Shown piece by piece: positions 1 through 9,536 of a DNA stretch of 64,000 nt; position 1 is the first letter of the stretch; every line of letters starts with the position of its first letter. Below the pieces are notes generated by a model that was not told the origin of the DNA, ran no database searches, and saw only the letters and a list, made by a program, of their open reading frames with translations. Source of the stretch: an uncultured Alphaproteobacteria bacterium (GTDB lineage Bacteria > Pseudomonadota > Alphaproteobacteria > RF32 > CAG-239); the NCBI GenBank assembly GCA_934248075.1, contig CAKQKH010000001.1:51771-115770 (forward strand), read 5' to 3'. The position numbers and the translations under genes were made by a program.

Positions 1-468
1 CAAATCAATTCCAGTGCTTTGCAACAGCCGCAAAATTCCTTTAGGGGTAGCGGAAACAATTGCTTCTGGTTCCTTGCAGGCTAACAATCCGGCATTATAC
101 GGATTAAACCCGTCCACATCTTTTTCCGGACGAATAGCCGATAAAATCTTTAGCGGATTAATATGCTCCGGCAACGGCAATTGCACAATAATCCCGTTAA
201 TATGCGGATTCGCGTTCAGTTCGGCAATCACCTCCAACAAAGCGTGTTCGCCAATAGTTTCGCTCATTTCAAAAACTTCGCAGCCGATACCCACCTCTGC
301 CGCCGCTTTCTTTTTATTGCGCACATAGATTTTACTGGCTTCGTTTTCACCAACCAAAACCACTGCCAAAACCGGCATATTTTCACCAGACAGCTCCTGA
401 ACTTTTTGCGCCAACTCAGCCCGAATTTCAGCGCTGATTTTTTTACCGTCAATTATTTGCGCGGTCAT
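1..468 (-). CDS. folD: Bifunctional methylene-THF dehydrogenase/cyclohydrolase FolD, N-terminal ~156 aa (C-terminus lies beyond the window edge)
   Basis: Absent from the ORF track because it runs off the edge. My minus-strand translation from ATG 468-466 gives MTAQIIDGKKISAEIRAELAQKVQELSGENMPVLAVVLVGENEASKIYVRNKKKAAAEVGI...INGIIVQLPLPEHI...DVDGFNPYNAG, a classic FolD N-terminus. Confidence 0.85.
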   Translation of the reverse strand, partial: MTAQIIDGKKISAEIRAELAQKVQELSGENMPVLAVVLVGENEASKIYVRNKKKAAAEVGIGCEVFEMSETIGEHALLEVIAELNANPHINGIIVQLPLPEHINPLKILSAIRPEKDVDGFNPYNAGLLACKEPEAIVSATPKGILRLLQSTGIDL

Positions 469-771
469 CTACAAAACCTCCCTCAGCCAATTTTCCAGTG
501 TGGCGCTGTCTGTTTTTAACAAAATTTTCTTATACCGATCCAGCTCGCCGCCGACAATATCCATTGCTGATTTTGCTATTTTCAACTCACCGGCCAAAAA
601 TTTTATCAGTTCCTGATTGGCGCGGCCTTTTTCCGGCACGCTTACCACATTTATTTTCAGCCATTCCGCCCCATCGGCAGCGGCAAAAATCCCATTTATC
701 TTACAACACGAAGAGTTAGGCGCAAGCCTAACTCTCAAAATCAGACCTTGTGAATTTTCTTCAAAAACCAA
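469..771 (-). CDS. DUF167 (YggU-like) family protein
   Basis: 100-aa ORF. The segment INVVSVPEKGRANQELIKFLAGELKIAKSAMDIVGGELDRYKKILL fits the YggU/DUF167 pattern. Its stop abuts the folD start, and it follows yggT as in many bacteria. Confidence 0.7.
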   Translation of the reverse strand: MVFEENSQGLILRVRLAPNSSCCKINGIFAAADGAEWLKINVVSVPEKGRANQELIKFLAGELKIAKSAMDIVGGELDRYKKILLKTDSATLENWLREVL

Positions 772-779
772 GCTCTATC

Positions 780-1079
780 CTATATCATCAGAGCGCTCAA
801 GCGCAAAACCAAACGACTAATAAAAATCAGCGCCAAAAGCAGAATAAACGGTGAAAAATCAAACCCGGCCAACGGCGGAATTTTTTCACCGATTTTCTTA
901 TAAACCGGCAACGTCAATTTATCCAAAATCTCAACGGTTTTTTGAGCATATTTGTTAGAAGCTTCCAATACTTTAAAATGAATCAGCCAATACAAAACTA
1001 TCTGCACAACCACAATCTTAAAATAAATATCCACGATTAAGCCTATAACATACAAAAACGGCTCAAAAATAGCACCCAT
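780..1079 (-). CDS. YggT family membrane protein
   Basis: Hydrophobic ORF with a YggT-like layout (two TM blocks, internal VLYWLIHF, C-terminal PPLAGFDFSPFILLLAL). I prefer ATG 1079 over track start 1112 because GAAGGAG sits 7 nt upstream of it. Confidence 0.7.
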   Translation of the reverse strand: MGAIFEPFLYVIGLIVDIYFKIVVVQIVLYWLIHFKVLEASNKYAQKTVEILDKLTLPVYKKIGEKIPPLAGFDFSPFILLLALIFISRLVLRLSALMI

Positions 1080-1153
1080 TACAAAATCTCCTTCAAATAA
1101 AAAACTATTCAATCAGATAAACCAGACAGCAGAATCTGTCAACCCTAAACTCA

Positions 1154-2197
1154 CTACGCTATTTCCCGACTTTTATTCTCCAACAGCTCATATTCCCTGC
1201 GGTTGAATCCCGAAAAACGTCTGACCAACGGCTGGCGGACTGCTTGTCGTTCTTGCTCTTCCTTTGACAATCCCATTCTCATGGCGGTTATCTGATCAAC
1301 CATTTTACGGCGGTTGTTTTCAAGCTGCTCTTTCTTGCGCAGAACTTCATTAACACTCAAAGCCTCCGGACGGTATACCGGGCTGTACTTGGTCAGCACT
1401 CCGCCGGTAACCATATCAAACTCTTCACCATCTTTTTGGTTTTGCAAATAACTTTGTCTGGTTTGTTCCAGCTCTTCCGCCGCCGCTGCCATTGCAAGGT
1501 TTCCGGCCATTCGCTGCGCCTCTTTAGTCAATTCCTGTTCGCGCTTTTCTTGCTCATCTGACTTACTCTTGGTTGCTTGCGTGCGATCGCGCAAACGTCT
1601 CAACTCCGAGAGCTTAAAGTTCAAAAAGCTGAGTTTGTTCTGTGCCAGTTCTTTATAATAACCGGTACCGTTTCTTTCTGCTGACTGATAAAGCATGATA
1701 ATCAGTTTCAACTCAGTCTCGCGGTCATCCATAAAGCCTATAAAATCATTGCGAGCTTGAATTTCATCGTCCGTTGTACCATTACTATAAATATCAACCT
1801 CAATCTTGCGTTGCGTCTGCACCCAATCATAATATTCAGCTCGCGGATCTTCAGAAGAATACAGATGTTGCAAAGACTCTGCCAACACATAGCTTATATC
1901 CGACACAGGAACTTCCTGATTATTATAAGTCGGCAGTTTAAGCGGCTGCCCCTTAGCCTGTGCAATCATCAATTTACGGGCATATTCTCTGGTCTCTTCA
2001 GCCTTACGGTGGCGCATATCGCTAATCATCGCCTCCATCCGCGCCCGCTCGTCCAAAGTAGCTTTTTCCACCGGATTATATTCGCTGTCCCGCTCTTTTT
2101 CATAGGCATTCTGTCGGTTAGACATCGCGGCATAAGCATCTAACTCTGACCCTATCAGCGGATTGTAGTAATTATCATATTCTTGTCTTGACGGCAT
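1154..2197 (-). CDS. Hypothetical charged/coiled-coil protein, no recognisable domain
   Basis: 347-aa uninterrupted ORF, E/K/R/Q-rich, with no TM segment or signal peptide. It lies downstream of the TerB-like gene on the same strand. Confidence 0.5.
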   Translation of the reverse strand: MPSRQEYDNYYNPLIGSELDAYAAMSNRQNAYEKERDSEYNPVEKATLDERARMEAMISDMRHRKAEETREYARKLMIAQAKGQPLKLPTYNNQEVPVSDISYVLAESLQHLYSSEDPRAEYYDWVQTQRKIEVDIYSNGTTDDEIQARNDFIGFMDDRETELKLIIMLYQSAERNGTGYYKELAQNKLSFLNFKLSELRRLRDRTQATKSKSDEQEKREQELTKEAQRMAGNLAMAAAAEELEQTRQSYLQNQKDGEEFDMVTGGVLTKYSPVYRPEALSVNEVLRKKEQLENNRRKMVDQITAMRMGLSKEEQERQAVRQPLVRRFSGFNRREYELLENKSREIA

Positions 2198-2222
2198 TTA
2201 AGCCTCCTTGCTTGGATATGCG

Positions 2223-2669
2223 TTAAACTTTTTCAAAAATAACTTTTCCTTCTTCCAGCCAAACTATCCGGTCAATCACCCATTGGCTGATTTGCTCAAT
2301 TTTTTCAAGTTCCAACCCCATCGCCTGACCGACGCGGCCAATCAGCAAAGTTTCCCGATCCGAAAGATCTCCGTCTGAGTTGGCCAGCATACACATTTCC
2401 TTAATCAATTCCATCGCCACCCGACGGCTTTTGATTTTTTTGCTTTCCTCAACTATCTCGTCATCGCTTTTCATCAGTTTGATTTCCGCGGCGTGTTCTG
2501 GCGAAATTTCAAAAGCCTTAGCCAATTCGGTAATAAACTCTTTTTCACCGTCATCGACATTTCCGTCAGCACGAGCCAAACGCACCATCACTTTAATAAA
2601 AGTTATTTTGTCATCTTCGCTCATTTCCGCCAAATAGCTCATATCATTCTCCATCTTCAAATCAGACAT
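2223..2669 (-). CDS. TerB-like (tellurite-resistance TerB / DjlA N-terminal fold) family protein
   Basis: 148 aa with two repeats of the pattern (hydrophobic)A.ADG...D.E...: VMVRLARADGNVDDGEKEFI and MCMLANSDGDLSDRETLLI. This is typical of the TerB fold. Confidence 0.55.
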   Translation of the reverse strand: MSDLKMENDMSYLAEMSEDDKITFIKVMVRLARADGNVDDGEKEFITELAKAFEISPEHAAEIKLMKSDDEIVEESKKIKSRRVAMELIKEMCMLANSDGDLSDRETLLIGRVGQAMGLELEKIEQISQWVIDRIVWLEEGKVIFEKV

Positions 2670-2768
2670 AAAAAAGATCCTTTCGTTGATTTAATTTTGC
2701 TTATATCTTAGCAAATTTTTCAAAAATTTCAATCAAAAAGCTATTTTCTCGGTCGCGAATAAAAAATG

Positions 2769-2797
2769 TTGAAATTAGAACGCCGATAACGTATGCT
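2769..2797 (+). promoter_or_regulatory. Candidate sigma70-type promoter for miaB
   Basis: TTGAAA (2769-2774), a 17-nt spacer, then TATGCT (2792-2797), about 40 nt upstream of the miaB GTG start. Motif match only. Confidence 0.3.
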
Positions 2798-2835
2798 GTT
2801 ATTTAGGCTAATAAATAAAAAGAAAAGAACCAAGA

Positions 2836-4170
2836 GTGAAAAAATATTATATCAAAACTTTCGGCTGTCAGATGAATGTTTACGATTCTCATCGCATTGC
2901 CGCTATTTTAGAAAATTTAGGTTTTTCTCCTGCCACATCGCCAAAATCAGCCGATCTGGTAATTTTTAACACCTGTCATATTCGCGAAAAAGCCGCTGAA
3001 AAAGTTTTTTCAGATTTGGGCAGACTAAACCTCATCAAAGAAGAACGCGCCGCCGAGGGCAAAGATACGGTCATAGGCGTTGTTGGTTGCGTAGTTCAGG
3101 CAGAAGACGAACAAATCGCCAAACGCGCCCCATTTGTAGATTTTGCCACCGGCCCGTTGACATATCATCGTCTGCCCCAAATTTTGGAGCAAATATCGCG
3201 CCGCCGCGGCATCACCCTTATTGATACCGAGTTTCCGGCAGAATCCAAGTTTGATTATTTGCCCCCAAACACTTCCATGGGCGGATGTTCTTTTTTGGCT
3301 ATTCAAGAGGGTTGCAATAATTTTTGCACTTATTGCGTAGTTCCTTACACTCGCGGAGTAGAGACTTCCCGCAATATTGAAGACATCATTGCCGAAGCAA
3401 AAACTTTGGTCGCCGGCGGATCTGTGGAAATCAATCTGCTCGGTCAAAATGTAAACTCTTTTCATGGGCTTGATAAAAACGGCAAAGAGCGCAATCTCGC
3501 ATACCTTTTGCGCTGTCTGAATGATATTGATGGTCTGGAAAGGATTCGTTATACCACATCATATCCCGCCGATGTTGATGATGACCTGATTGCCTGCCAC
3601 CGTGATCTCAAAAAGCTGATGCCTTATTTGCATTTGCCGGTACAATCAGGTTCTGATAAAATTCTCAAGGCCATGAATCGCCGCCACACTCGCGGTCAAT
3701 ATTTGGAAACCGTTGACAAGCTCAAAAACGCCAATCCCGAACTTGGCCTGTCATCAGATTTTATTGTCGGATTCCCCGGTGAAACAGATGAAGATTTTGA
3801 ACAAACTCTGGATTTGGTTCGCAAAGTTGAGTTTGTACAGGCCTTTTCTTTCAAATATTCTCGCCGCGCCGGCACTCCGGCAGCTCTCATGCCCAATCAA
3901 GTTGAAGAAAAAGTCAAAAAAGAACGTTTGGAAATCCTCCAGCAATTGCTATTTTCATATCAGTTAAAGTTTAATAAAGAAAGTATTGGTAAACTCATGC
4001 CAGTTTTGTTCGACATCAAAGGCCGGCACAAAGGAGAGCTTATCGGCCGCACTCCTTGGATGCAGAACCTGCATGCCGAACTCGGCAAGGAATACCAAAA
4101 CCGCATTGTCAACATCAAAGTAACCGGCGCCACCGTCAATTCGTTGTCCGGCATTATTGAAGGAAAATAA
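2836..4170 (+). CDS. miaB: tRNA-i6A37 methylthiotransferase MiaB
   Basis: 444 aa with N-terminal YIKTFGCQMNVYDS, the radical-SAM motif CNNFCTYCVVP and a C-terminal TRAM region. GTG start. Confidence 0.9.
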   Translation: MKKYYIKTFGCQMNVYDSHRIAAILENLGFSPATSPKSADLVIFNTCHIREKAAEKVFSDLGRLNLIKEERAAEGKDTVIGVVGCVVQAEDEQIAKRAPFVDFATGPLTYHRLPQILEQISRRRGITLIDTEFPAESKFDYLPPNTSMGGCSFLAIQEGCNNFCTYCVVPYTRGVETSRNIEDIIAEAKTLVAGGSVEINLLGQNVNSFHGLDKNGKERNLAYLLRCLNDIDGLERIRYTTSYPADVDDDLIACHRDLKKLMPYLHLPVQSGSDKILKAMNRRHTRGQYLETVDKLKNANPELGLSSDFIVGFPGETDEDFEQTLDLVRKVEFVQAFSFKYSRRAGTPAALMPNQVEEKVKKERLEILQQLLFSYQLKFNKESIGKLMPVLFDIKGRHKGELIGRTPWMQNLHAELGKEYQNRIVNIKVTGATVNSLSGIIEGK

Positions 4171-4172
4171 AC

Positions 4173-5138
4173 ATGGCAGAAATTAATTTTGAATTGTTTA
4201 ACAACACTTTGGTTCAACAGCTTGTCGGTCCGCAAGACAACAATTTGCGCCTGATTGAAAAGATTCTCGGCGTTGAAATCGGCTCTTTCGGCAATCAGAT
4301 GAACATCAAAGGCTCTGCCGAGGCTATTGAACAGGCCAAGACCGCCATAGACGTGCTGTACAACAAAGTCAGCAAAGGCATTACCATTAATGAAGAAGAA
4401 GTCAAAGCAGCCATTCGTATTTCCGGAGGTGAGGCCGATTCGGCCGCCGCGCAAGATTTGAGCAATATTGTTCTTAAAACCAAAAAGCGTCATATTTATC
4501 CGCGGTCAGCCACCCAGGCTCTTTACATTCAAGAAATGATGAAAAACGAGCTGGTCTTTGGTTTGGGGCCTGCCGGTACCGGTAAAACTTATTTAGCGGT
4601 TGCTCTGGCCGTATCCATGATGCTAGAAGGCCGCATTGATAAAATCATTCTTTCTCGTCCGGCGGTTGAAGCTGGCGAAAATCTCGGGTTCCTCCCCGGT
4701 GATCTCAAAGAAAAAGTAGATCCCTACTTGCGCCCATTGTATGACGCCTTATATGAGATGTTGCCCGCCGAACAGGTAGATAAGAAAATTGCTCTCGGAG
4801 AGATTGAAATTGCACCGTTGGCTTTCATGCGCGGCCGCACTCTTTCCAACGCTTTTGTCATTTTGGATGAGGCGCAAAACACCACCCCTATGCAAATGAA
4901 AATGTTCCTTACTCGTTTGGGCGAAAACTCTCGCATGGTTGTAAACGGAGATCTCAGTCAGGTTGACCTTCCGCGCGGCACGGTTTCCGGATTAAGAGAC
5001 GCGCTTGATGTTTTGAACGGCACTCCCAACATCAGTTCCGTGCGTTTCAGCGCCGCAGATGTTGTCCGTCATGGTTTGGTTGCCAAGATTGTCAAAGCTT
5101 ATGAGGAGCGGAGCAAGAAAGAATACGGTGATGAATAA
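4173..5138 (+). CDS. phoH: PhoH-like ATPase (YbeZ)
   Basis: Walker A GPAGTGKTYLAV, FVILDEAQNTT and the GDLSQVDLP motif. Conserved position between miaB and ybeY. Confidence 0.9.
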   Translation: MAEINFELFNNTLVQQLVGPQDNNLRLIEKILGVEIGSFGNQMNIKGSAEAIEQAKTAIDVLYNKVSKGITINEEEVKAAIRISGGEADSAAAQDLSNIVLKTKKRHIYPRSATQALYIQEMMKNELVFGLGPAGTGKTYLAVALAVSMMLEGRIDKIILSRPAVEAGENLGFLPGDLKEKVDPYLRPLYDALYEMLPAEQVDKKIALGEIEIAPLAFMRGRTLSNAFVILDEAQNTTPMQMKMFLTRLGENSRMVVNGDLSQVDLPRGTVSGLRDALDVLNGTPNISSVRFSAADVVRHGLVAKIVKAYEERSKKEYGDE

Positions 5139-5649
5139 ACCGCTTATAAACATCGTTCTAGACGATTCGCGCTGGGAACAAGAACTTCCTCTCGTCAATG
5201 ACTTGTCAGATACGGTTTTTAACACCACTTTAGAGTTTGTCAGCAGTTGTGAGCCATCAAAGCTCACTTCTGCCGAGTTGCCCATTGCCGTAAATTTGTC
5301 TTTAAGCAATAATGAAACTGTCCACTTGCTCAACAAACAATTTCGCGGCATGGACAAACCGACCAATGTCTTGTCTTTTGCCAATATAGATGATCCTGAT
5401 TTTGATTTTGAGCCGGCAGGCGTCGAATATCTTGAAATCGGAGATATAATTATTGCTCTGGAAACTTTACAACTGGAAGCCGCAGAAAAACAAATTTCTT
5501 TAGCTGATCATTTTTGCCACCTCTTGGCGCATGGCTTGCTTCATCTTTTGGGATACGACCACCAAGAAGATGCCGAAGCCGAACACATGGAGGACTTTGA
5601 GGTAAAAATTTTGCATAAGCTTAACATTAAAAACCCCTATGAGGAATAA
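5131..5649 (+). CDS. ybeY: rRNA maturation endoribonuclease YbeY
   Basis: Zinc motif HLLAHGLLHLLGYDH. I prefer ATG 5131, which overlaps the phoH stop, over track start 5059, which lies inside phoH. Confidence 0.9.
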   Translation: MNKPLINIVLDDSRWEQELPLVNDLSDTVFNTTLEFVSSCEPSKLTSAELPIAVNLSLSNNETVHLLNKQFRGMDKPTNVLSFANIDDPDFDFEPAGVEYLEIGDIIIALETLQLEAAEKQISLADHFCHLLAHGLLHLLGYDHQEDAEAEHMEDFEVKILHKLNIKNPYEE

Positions 5650-5652
5650 TCA

Positions 5653-6540
5653 ATGTCGGAAGAAATCAAAAACGAAAATTCTTTTTGCTCTTTTGTCAGC
5701 AATTTTTTTCACCGACGACAGCAAGATTCCGTCCGCGAGACTATTGAAGACTTGATTGAAGAAGCCACCGCCGACGGCGATGATCAGTTCTCCGAACACG
5801 AGCAGTTGTTGTTGCAAAACATTTTGTGTCTGCGTAACAAAAAATGCGCCGAAGCCATGATTCCTCGGGCAGAGATTGTTGGTTTTCAAAAAGACGGCTC
5901 CCTTCAGGATCTGGCTAAACTCATAATTTCTTCCGGACACTCCCGCATTCCTGTTTATGGCCAATCGCTTGACGATATTATTGGTATTTTTCATGTTATT
6001 GACTTTGTAAAATGCGTTCTCGGCGGCCAAAAAAATTGCAAATTAGCCGACGTTGTTTCGCCCAATGTCAAATTTGTTTCGCCGTCCATGCGCGTTTTAG
6101 ATTTATTGCGAGAAATGCAGTTACAAAAAGTTCATATGGCTTTTGTTGTTGACGAATATGGTGGAATTGACGGACTGGTAACCATAGAAGACTTGCTGGA
6201 AGAAATTGTCGGCGATATTGAAGACGAGTACGATATAGATCAAGACCCCTACATTGCCGTTCAAGAAAATGGTGAAATCATTGCCGACGCCACGGCTGAA
6301 CTCAGCGAAATCAAAGACACCATCGGCATAGATTTGATTAAAAAATTAGACGCTGACGAAGCTGAAGATGTTGATACATTGGGAGGATTTGTCTTTAATC
6401 TCGCGCAAAGAATTCCCTCTCGCGGAGAAGTGATTGAAGGCCCCGACGGGCTAAAATTCCGCATTTTAGAAGTTGATCCCCGCCGCATTAAAAAGATTAT
6501 GATTATTTGTCCCGCCAAAGATAAAAAAAATGATAAATAG
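5653..6540 (+). CDS. corC: CBS-pair / CorC_HlyC domain protein (CorC/TlyC family)
   Basis: MIPRAEIV...HSRIPVY...VVDEYGGIDGLVTIEDLLEEIVGDIEDEYD followed by the C-terminal transporter-associated domain. Conserved ybeY-corC-lnt order. Confidence 0.85.
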   Translation: MSEEIKNENSFCSFVSNFFHRRQQDSVRETIEDLIEEATADGDDQFSEHEQLLLQNILCLRNKKCAEAMIPRAEIVGFQKDGSLQDLAKLIISSGHSRIPVYGQSLDDIIGIFHVIDFVKCVLGGQKNCKLADVVSPNVKFVSPSMRVLDLLREMQLQKVHMAFVVDEYGGIDGLVTIEDLLEEIVGDIEDEYDIDQDPYIAVQENGEIIADATAELSEIKDTIGIDLIKKLDADEAEDVDTLGGFVFNLAQRIPSRGEVIEGPDGLKFRILEVDPRRIKKIMIICPAKDKKNDK

Positions 6541-8041
6541 TCTGCAAAAGCATTTTCGGATAACTTCTTTTGCCTGCGGCTGGCTGGCCGTTGCGGCGTT
6601 ACCGCCTTTTAACTGTTTGCCGGCTTTGTTTTTCAGCTTCCCGCTTTTGCTATGGTTGCTTCATAAATCAACATCGGCCAAACAAGCTTTTTCCTGTGGT
6701 TATTTTTTTGGCTTTAGTTTTTTTGCTTTTGGCTTGTCCTGGATAAATCGAGCCTTGTTGCTTGATGCCGCTTCCTTTGGCTGGCTTGTTCCCATAGCCT
6801 TTTTGGCATCAGGATTGTTTTTCGGCTTGTTTATAGCCATTCCGGCGGCTTTGTGCTGGTTTTTCAAAACCCCCATTGCCCGCTATATGTCATTTTCAAC
6901 CTTACTGGTTATTTTTGAATGGATTCGCAGTTTTTTTCTTACCGGTTTTCCTTGGAATCTTTTTGGTACCGCGCTTGTTTTTTCCGATCATTTACTGCAA
7001 GCGGCCTCAGTTGGCGGAATATATTTATTATCGTTACTGACAATTTTAGCCGCCGGAGCTCCTTTTTTGTGGTTTGTTCGCCGCAAAATTCTCGCGTTTA
7101 TTATCCCGATTTTAATTTTATCCGGACTATTAGTTTTTGGCTATTTTAAAATTAACCAACATCCTTACACTCCGTCTGATGTTACCATTCGCTTGGTTCA
7201 GCCGGCAATTCCCCAATCTCTCAAATGGAACCCCGCTGTTTTAGAAGATAATCTAAACCGCCATATAAAATTATCTCAACTCCCCGGATTCAATAATATA
7301 GACTTTGTCATTTGGAGCGAAACTGCTTTTCCATTTGCTATTGAAGCGGATTCTTATCACCGTAGTCTTCTGCAATACGCCATTCCCCCGCGAGGTCGCC
7401 TGATAACCGGAGCCTTGCGTTATCAATCTTTATCTTCTGAGCAACCCCGCCTTTATAACTCCATGTTTGTCTTAGACTCCGACAATCAAATTTCCGCCTA
7501 TTATGACAAATCTCATTTAGTTCCTTTTGGAGAATACGTTCCTTTACAACAATATTTGCCTGACTGGATCAGACCTATCACCAAAATGATCGGAACATTC
7601 TCCGCCGGAAACGGATTTAAGGTTATCAAATATGCCGGCCTTCCATCTTTTGGCGGTTTAATTTGCTACGAAGTTATCTTCCCGCATCAGGTTTTAGCAC
7701 CAAACAACAAACCGCAATGGTTGGTAAACATAACCAATGACGGCTGGTACGGAGATTCCGCCGGACCAAGACAACATCTTGCCGCCGCCAAACTCCGTGC
7801 GGTTGAGGAAGGAATAACCATTGTGCGAGTTGCGGGCAGCGGCATTTCCGCTCTAATCTCGCCAATTGGCACCATTATTGATTCCCTCCCGCTTAATAAA
7901 AGCGGCATTCTTGATGTTAAGCTGCCAACAGAGCTTCAGTTTTCCACAACTTATGGTAGGTTTGGCAACACAATTCCCCTGAGTCTGTGTTTTCTAATTT
8001 TAGCTCTTGCGCTTTACAATTCTCACTTGCTCAAGCCCTAA
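6530..8041 (+). CDS. lnt: Apolipoprotein N-acyltransferase
   Basis: 503 aa with multiple N-terminal TM segments, then a CN-hydrolase domain (VIWSETAFPF, YDKSHLVPFGEYVP, ICYEVIFP). Confidence 0.9.
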   Translation: MINSLQKHFRITSFACGWLAVAALPPFNCLPALFFSFPLLLWLLHKSTSAKQAFSCGYFFGFSFFAFGLSWINRALLLDAASFGWLVPIAFLASGLFFGLFIAIPAALCWFFKTPIARYMSFSTLLVIFEWIRSFFLTGFPWNLFGTALVFSDHLLQAASVGGIYLLSLLTILAAGAPFLWFVRRKILAFIIPILILSGLLVFGYFKINQHPYTPSDVTIRLVQPAIPQSLKWNPAVLEDNLNRHIKLSQLPGFNNIDFVIWSETAFPFAIEADSYHRSLLQYAIPPRGRLITGALRYQSLSSEQPRLYNSMFVLDSDNQISAYYDKSHLVPFGEYVPLQQYLPDWIRPITKMIGTFSAGNGFKVIKYAGLPSFGGLICYEVIFPHQVLAPNNKPQWLVNITNDGWYGDSAGPRQHLAAAKLRAVEEGITIVRVAGSGISALISPIGTIIDSLPLNKSGILDVKLPTELQFSTTYGRFGNTIPLSLCFLILALALYNSHLLKP

Positions 8042-8146
8042 AATTTTATATTACCTTTTTCAAATATAAAATGTTATATAAAATTTTGTTGACGTCTCCG
8101 GCGCAAAATCATATGAATATATTATCAGCAATTTAATGGAGAGAAC

Positions 8147-8662
8147 TTGAAAATGATTCGCAACTTAAACAAAAGATCATGTCGCGGCCGCACTCCTCTG
8201 GGAGAGCCAAATCCGATTGATGTCCACGTTGGCAATCGAATCCGCCTCAGACGAACTTTATTGGGACTAAGTCAAGAAAAGTTAGCCTCCATGTTAGGCC
8301 TTACCTTTCAGCAGGTTCAAAAATATGAGCGCGGCATGAATCGTGTAGGCGCCAGTCGTTTGTGGGATATCAGCAAAGTTTTGGAAACTCCCATTAGTTT
8401 CTTTTATGAGGATATGGATAAATCCGTAGCACAGCAATCTCCTCGCATGTTTAGTATTCCAGAAGCCTCATCAAATCCGGAATTTTTAGAAGAAGACGAG
8501 ACAATTTTCAATGATGATCCCATGCAACGGCAAGAAACCATTGAGCTGGTTAAAGCCTATTACAAAATTCCCAATCGCAAAGCCGCTCGTCATCTTTATG
8601 ATTTAATTATCACCATGTCCAAAACCGCATACAACAATTCTCAAGAAGACGAGAAAAAATAA
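8147..8662 (+). CDS. XRE-family helix-turn-helix transcriptional regulator
   Basis: HTH_3 signature VGNRIRLRRTLLGLSQEKLASMLGLTFQQVQKYERGMNRVGASRLWDISKVL. The start could instead be ATG 8153. Confidence 0.75.
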   Translation: MKMIRNLNKRSCRGRTPLGEPNPIDVHVGNRIRLRRTLLGLSQEKLASMLGLTFQQVQKYERGMNRVGASRLWDISKVLETPISFFYEDMDKSVAQQSPRMFSIPEASSNPEFLEEDETIFNDDPMQRQETIELVKAYYKIPNRKAARHLYDLIITMSKTAYNNSQEDEKK

Positions 8663-8679
8663 ATTTGCTGTTTTATCAA

Positions 8680-8709
8680 AAAAAGCTGGCTTTTTGCCAG
8701 CTTTTTTTT
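8680..8709 (+). terminator. Rho-independent terminator after the HTH regulator
   Basis: Stem AGCTGGC (8684-8690) / GCCAGCT (8696-8702), then a T8 run (8702-8709). It lies inside the 5' extension of the track trmB ORF, which argues for the shorter trmB start. Confidence 0.6.
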
Positions 8710-8741
8710 ATTATGTAACAAAAACTAACCTTGAGGATCCC

Positions 8742-9491
8742 ATGCCAGAATCACAATCTTTTCAGTTTTCCAACTCCGATGAACCCAAATTCTTTGGCCG
8801 CCGCACCGGACGTCGTATTCGCAAAGCCAAAACCTCTTTGCTGGAACGCTTTTTGCCACAAATAAAAATTAATCAGAACACTGTATTTAAAACTTCTGAG
8901 CTTTTTGGAGCGCCGGTTAAATCCGTTTGTTTAGAGATTGGCTTTGGCAACGGCGAGCATTTGGCAGGACAAGCCTTAGCTCACCCAGACACCGGTTTCA
9001 TCGGCGCAGAGGTTTTCAAAAACGGCGTTGCCAATCTGCTGAGCCTTATTACCGGCATAAAAAAAGCTGATGAGCTTCCCGAACAAATATCCTTTTCTGG
9101 CGGACGTGTTGACAATATTCGAATTTTTGATGATGACATACGCTTACTGTTTGCTCAAATTCCGGATAATTTTTTAGATAAAGTCTTTTTGCTGTTCCCA
9201 GATCCATGGCCCAAAAAACGCCATGCCTCACGCCGTTTTGTAAATCCGAACAACCTCAAAGAAATTGCTCGCATTCTCAAGCCAAACGGCTTGTTTCGTA
9301 TCGCCACAGATCACCCCGTATATAAAACATGGGTTTTGCGCCAAATGCACGAATGTCCGGACTTTTGTTGGACTGCCGTCTGCGGCGCAGACTGGAAGAC
9401 TCCACCTGCCGATTGGGTTGAAACCAAATATCAACGCAAAGCTCTTCGTGAAGGACGGCGGCCGGTATTTTTAAATTACAAACGTCTTTAA
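8742..9491 (+). CDS. trmB: tRNA (guanine46-N7)-methyltransferase TrmB
   Basis: Motifs LEIGFGNGEHL, LLFPDPWPKKRHASRRF and ATDH..Y. ATG 8742 is downstream of the terminator hairpin. Confidence 0.85.
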   Translation: MPESQSFQFSNSDEPKFFGRRTGRRIRKAKTSLLERFLPQIKINQNTVFKTSELFGAPVKSVCLEIGFGNGEHLAGQALAHPDTGFIGAEVFKNGVANLLSLITGIKKADELPEQISFSGGRVDNIRIFDDDIRLLFAQIPDNFLDKVFLLFPDPWPKKRHASRRFVNPNNLKEIARILKPNGLFRIATDHPVYKTWVLRQMHECPDFCWTAVCGADWKTPPADWVETKYQRKALREGRRPVFLNYKRL

Positions 9492-9536
9492 ATCCTTTTC
9501 GTAAAGACTATATTACCACAAGAAAGGAACATTTAC

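Noticed and set aside
14-519. Plus-strand track ORFs 14..328 and 163..519 at the window start.
   Set aside because: They lie antisense to a much better reading, the N-terminus of FolD on the minus strand (1..468). The FolD ORF has classic motifs and was missed by the track only because it runs off the edge.
3025-5384. Minus-strand ORFs 3025..3465, 3960..4493 and 4992..5384, of 130-177 aa each.
   Set aside because: They are fully antisense to miaB, phoH and ybeY, which have unambiguous motifs. Their sequences are low-complexity with no motifs, so they are shadow ORFs.
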